NCBI GenBank assembly: GCA_964456855.1 | Contig: CAYWCU010000001.1 | Location: forward strand, 8,442-72,441 | Reading direction: 5' to 3' | DNA: 64,000 nucleotides | DNA from: an uncultured Candidatus Saccharibacteria bacterium | GTDB lineage: Bacteria; Patescibacteriota; Minisyncoccia; UBA9983 | In this document: in pieces, positions 62,327-64,000 of the stretch | Layout: each line of letters begins with the position of its first letter | Numbering within the stretch: the first letter of the stretch is position 1 | Position numbers and translations under genes: made by a program | Notes under the pieces: generated by a model | The model's input: only the letters and a program-made list of their open reading frames with translations | The model's database searches: none | What the model was told of the DNA's origin: nothing

Positions 62327-62659
62327 TTAGCTCTTGGGCAAAGTTTCTGTTTCAATTGGAGCGAAAGGATTTGATCTCCCGACTTCTTCGGGTTCCAATT
62401 GAACGGAAAAATCAATCAAACCTTGAAAGCTCTTGCTCTTGAAAAAAGAAGTGTCTATCTTTATTGATTTGAGATTTACGAGCGTTTGCAAAGATTCACC
62501 GGAAGGCGAAGATGTTCCCTGCGCCATCCCGCCGACAATTCCCCCCTGAGAAACCGTCAAATTTCCTTGCGTCTTTTCGCCCGGAGAATAAAGGCTGTAG
62601 ATAAAAATCAAAACCGCCGCAATTAGAACCCCTATTAAAAATTTTGTTTTTTTGCTCAT
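62327..62659 (-). CDS. small membrane-anchored protein, possible PilP-like pilus assembly component
   Basis: N-terminal TM KFLIGVLIAAVLIFIY; position in the operon after pilO. Weak. Confidence 0.35.
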   Translation of the reverse strand: MSKKTKFLIGVLIAAVLIFIYSLYSPGEKTQGNLTVSQGGIVGGMAQGTSSPSGESLQTLVNLKSIKIDTSFFKSKSFQGLIDFSVQLEPEEVGRSNPFAPIETETLPKS

Positions 62660-62666
62660 ATTGTTT

Positions 62667-63212
62667 TTAATTTCCCTTCCAATAAGTTGAAGCCTTGATG
62701 CTGAATTGATAAGAATCAATTTTGCCGGATTTGAAAGTAAGGTTTTCTATGTCAATAACGCTCAAACTTCTTTCCATATCGGAAAGAAACGAGACAAAAG
62801 AAGCGTAACTTCCGACGACGGATATATTCAACGGAATCTTCTCAAACGGTTTTTTCTTTTGCCCGAAAATAATTCTCTCTTTTTTTTTGTCCGGTTTTTG
62901 TATATCAACATTTTTAAGCAACAAGTTGTGCTTTTTGGTCATATTTTCCACCTCCATAACAAACTCAATGGCTTTCATTTTTGACGGAAGCAATTTGTTC
63001 AGTTTGTCCAAATCATCCTGAGATATGGAATTGTATTCGGATAATATCTGATCGCTTACGGAACGGACTTCTTTTAAATTATTTAAGGAAAGGTTGAGGT
63101 TGTTTTGCTCAACCCTGAGAGTTTTAACGGTTTTGAAGGCGGGATTGGTCCATGTGAAAAAAACCATTATTGCCGCCGCTAAAAGAAATATTGATGCGAT
63201 TATTCTTCCCAT
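62667..63212 (-). CDS. PilO-like pilus assembly protein
   Basis: Single N-terminal TM helix, then a coiled-coil/periplasmic domain. The ATG at 63212 avoids overlap with pilN. Confidence 0.55.
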   Translation of the reverse strand: MGRIIASIFLLAAAIMVFFTWTNPAFKTVKTLRVEQNNLNLSLNNLKEVRSVSDQILSEYNSISQDDLDKLNKLLPSKMKAIEFVMEVENMTKKHNLLLKNVDIQKPDKKKERIIFGQKKKPFEKIPLNISVVGSYASFVSFLSDMERSLSVIDIENLTFKSGKIDSYQFSIKASTYWKGN

Positions 63213-63216
63213 AAAA

Positions 63217-63780
63217 TCATTTTGCCTTATAACTGATAAACTCCGGATTAAAAACAAGCTCAAGATAAAAAGCAACGTTTCCATCATTCGTCAGAGAAAG
63301 CTTGGAAACTGAAATATCCTTCAAATCTTTGCTCTTTTGAAACTCTCCAATTTGAAGAGCGAGCGGTGCGTATCCTTTGGCGACACCTCTCATGGAAATA
63401 TCGGGTTCTCCTTCTTTGGAAAGCTTATAGGCAAAACTGGAAAATCTCACATTTTTCAGAGTGCTTTCCCTCAAAAAATCAAAAATCGGAGTAAGCTCCT
63501 TGTGCTCTTTCAGTAAAACCTTTGCCGCCTTCACTTTCATTGAGACGCTCGTCAATTCCTTCACAAGTTCCGGCTCAAAACCGGCGTGCGCCCTTTTTAA
63601 GGAAACCTCCAAGACGGTAATCTGCTTTTTAAGCACCTCTTTATAGAAAAAGATTCCTCCTAAAAATAATCCGGAAACAATAAATAAAATAAGGCTGGAT
63701 CCCAAAAGGAAACCGACGCCTTTCGCCTTGTAAACAGGTTTTTTAAATGATTTTTTTGGTATAAAAGATGTTCTATCCAT
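63217..63780 (-). CDS. PilN-like pilus assembly protein
   Basis: Short cytoplasmic N-terminus, TM helix GFLLGSSLILFIVSGLFLGGIFF, periplasmic coiled coil; directly downstream of pilM. Confidence 0.55.
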   Translation of the reverse strand: MDRTSFIPKKSFKKPVYKAKGVGFLLGSSLILFIVSGLFLGGIFFYKEVLKKQITVLEVSLKRAHAGFEPELVKELTSVSMKVKAAKVLLKEHKELTPIFDFLRESTLKNVRFSSFAYKLSKEGEPDISMRGVAKGYAPLALQIGEFQKSKDLKDISVSKLSLTNDGNVAFYLELVFNPEFISYKAK

Positions 63781-63789
63781 AATTGTTTT

Positions 63790-64000
63790 TTATTGCAACC
63801 CTCTTAAGGCGAGTCCCAAGGCTACGGAAAAGGCGGGACCCGCATCTTTTAAAACTTCGGCCAAAAAGGCGGGATATTCAGTCTTTGAAAAGGGTTCCGC
63901 CAATGCCGTTTCCAAACTTAACTTTTTGACCGCGAAGGCAACCATACCGTTTAACAAAGAACCTCCTCCTGTTAAAACAACTTTGCTGACGGCGCGACCC
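63790..64000 (-). CDS. pilM: PilM (actin-like ATPase) C-terminal part, truncated by window edge
   Basis: C-terminal ...KVVLTGGGSLLNGMVAFAVKKLSLETALAEPFSKT...GLALRGLQ*, typical of the PilM/FtsA-like C-terminus. Confidence 0.6.
   Translation of the reverse strand, partial: GRAVSKVVLTGGGSLLNGMVAFAVKKLSLETALAEPFSKTEYPAFLAEVLKDAGPAFSVALGLALRGLQ

Overview
This 64 kb bacterial window uses the standard genetic code: TGA is used as a stop and an RF2 gene is present. The 16S gene is highly divergent (V1 expansion, mismatches at universal primer sites, no recognisable CCUCC anti-SD), which hints at a deep-branching small-genome lineage. The window holds four core blocks and one accessory region:

- **Core block 1 (3.5-17 kb):** murD, a class IV aminotransferase, the 16S rRNA followed by tRNA-Ile but no 23S, an MscS channel and murB.
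- **Core block 2 (35-50 kb):** an ABC-F ATPase, CreD, Obg, FtsEX, an N-terminally reduced RF2, tRNAs, peptidases, gatA, gatC and a GatB/YqeY protein.
- **Type IV pilus operon (53.6-64 kb):** a complete pilMNO-pilB-response regulator-pilT-pilC-pilA-pilD locus plus four minor pilins, ending next to ligA.
- **Accessory region (about 18.5-35 kb):** It starts at a tRNA-Gln whose 3-prime end is duplicated 136 nt downstream. It is AT-rich by eye and contains gene remnants: a solo MazF/PemK toxin and an NYN protein, each bracketed by repeated copies of a GIY-YIG gene 3-prime end. It also holds one tightly coupled operon: EcoRI-family N6A methylase - DUF262/HNH nuclease - Dcm C5 methylase - MORC-like GHKL ATPase - small partner, followed by DUF2130, a membrane wHTH and ParA.
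- **Candidate novel system:** that composite defense operon is the most likely undescribed system in the window.

Other oddities: a VirD4/TraG-like ATPase with a Zn-ribbon tail, a PaaX-like gene bracketed by identical palindromes, and an Elp3 GNAT remnant.
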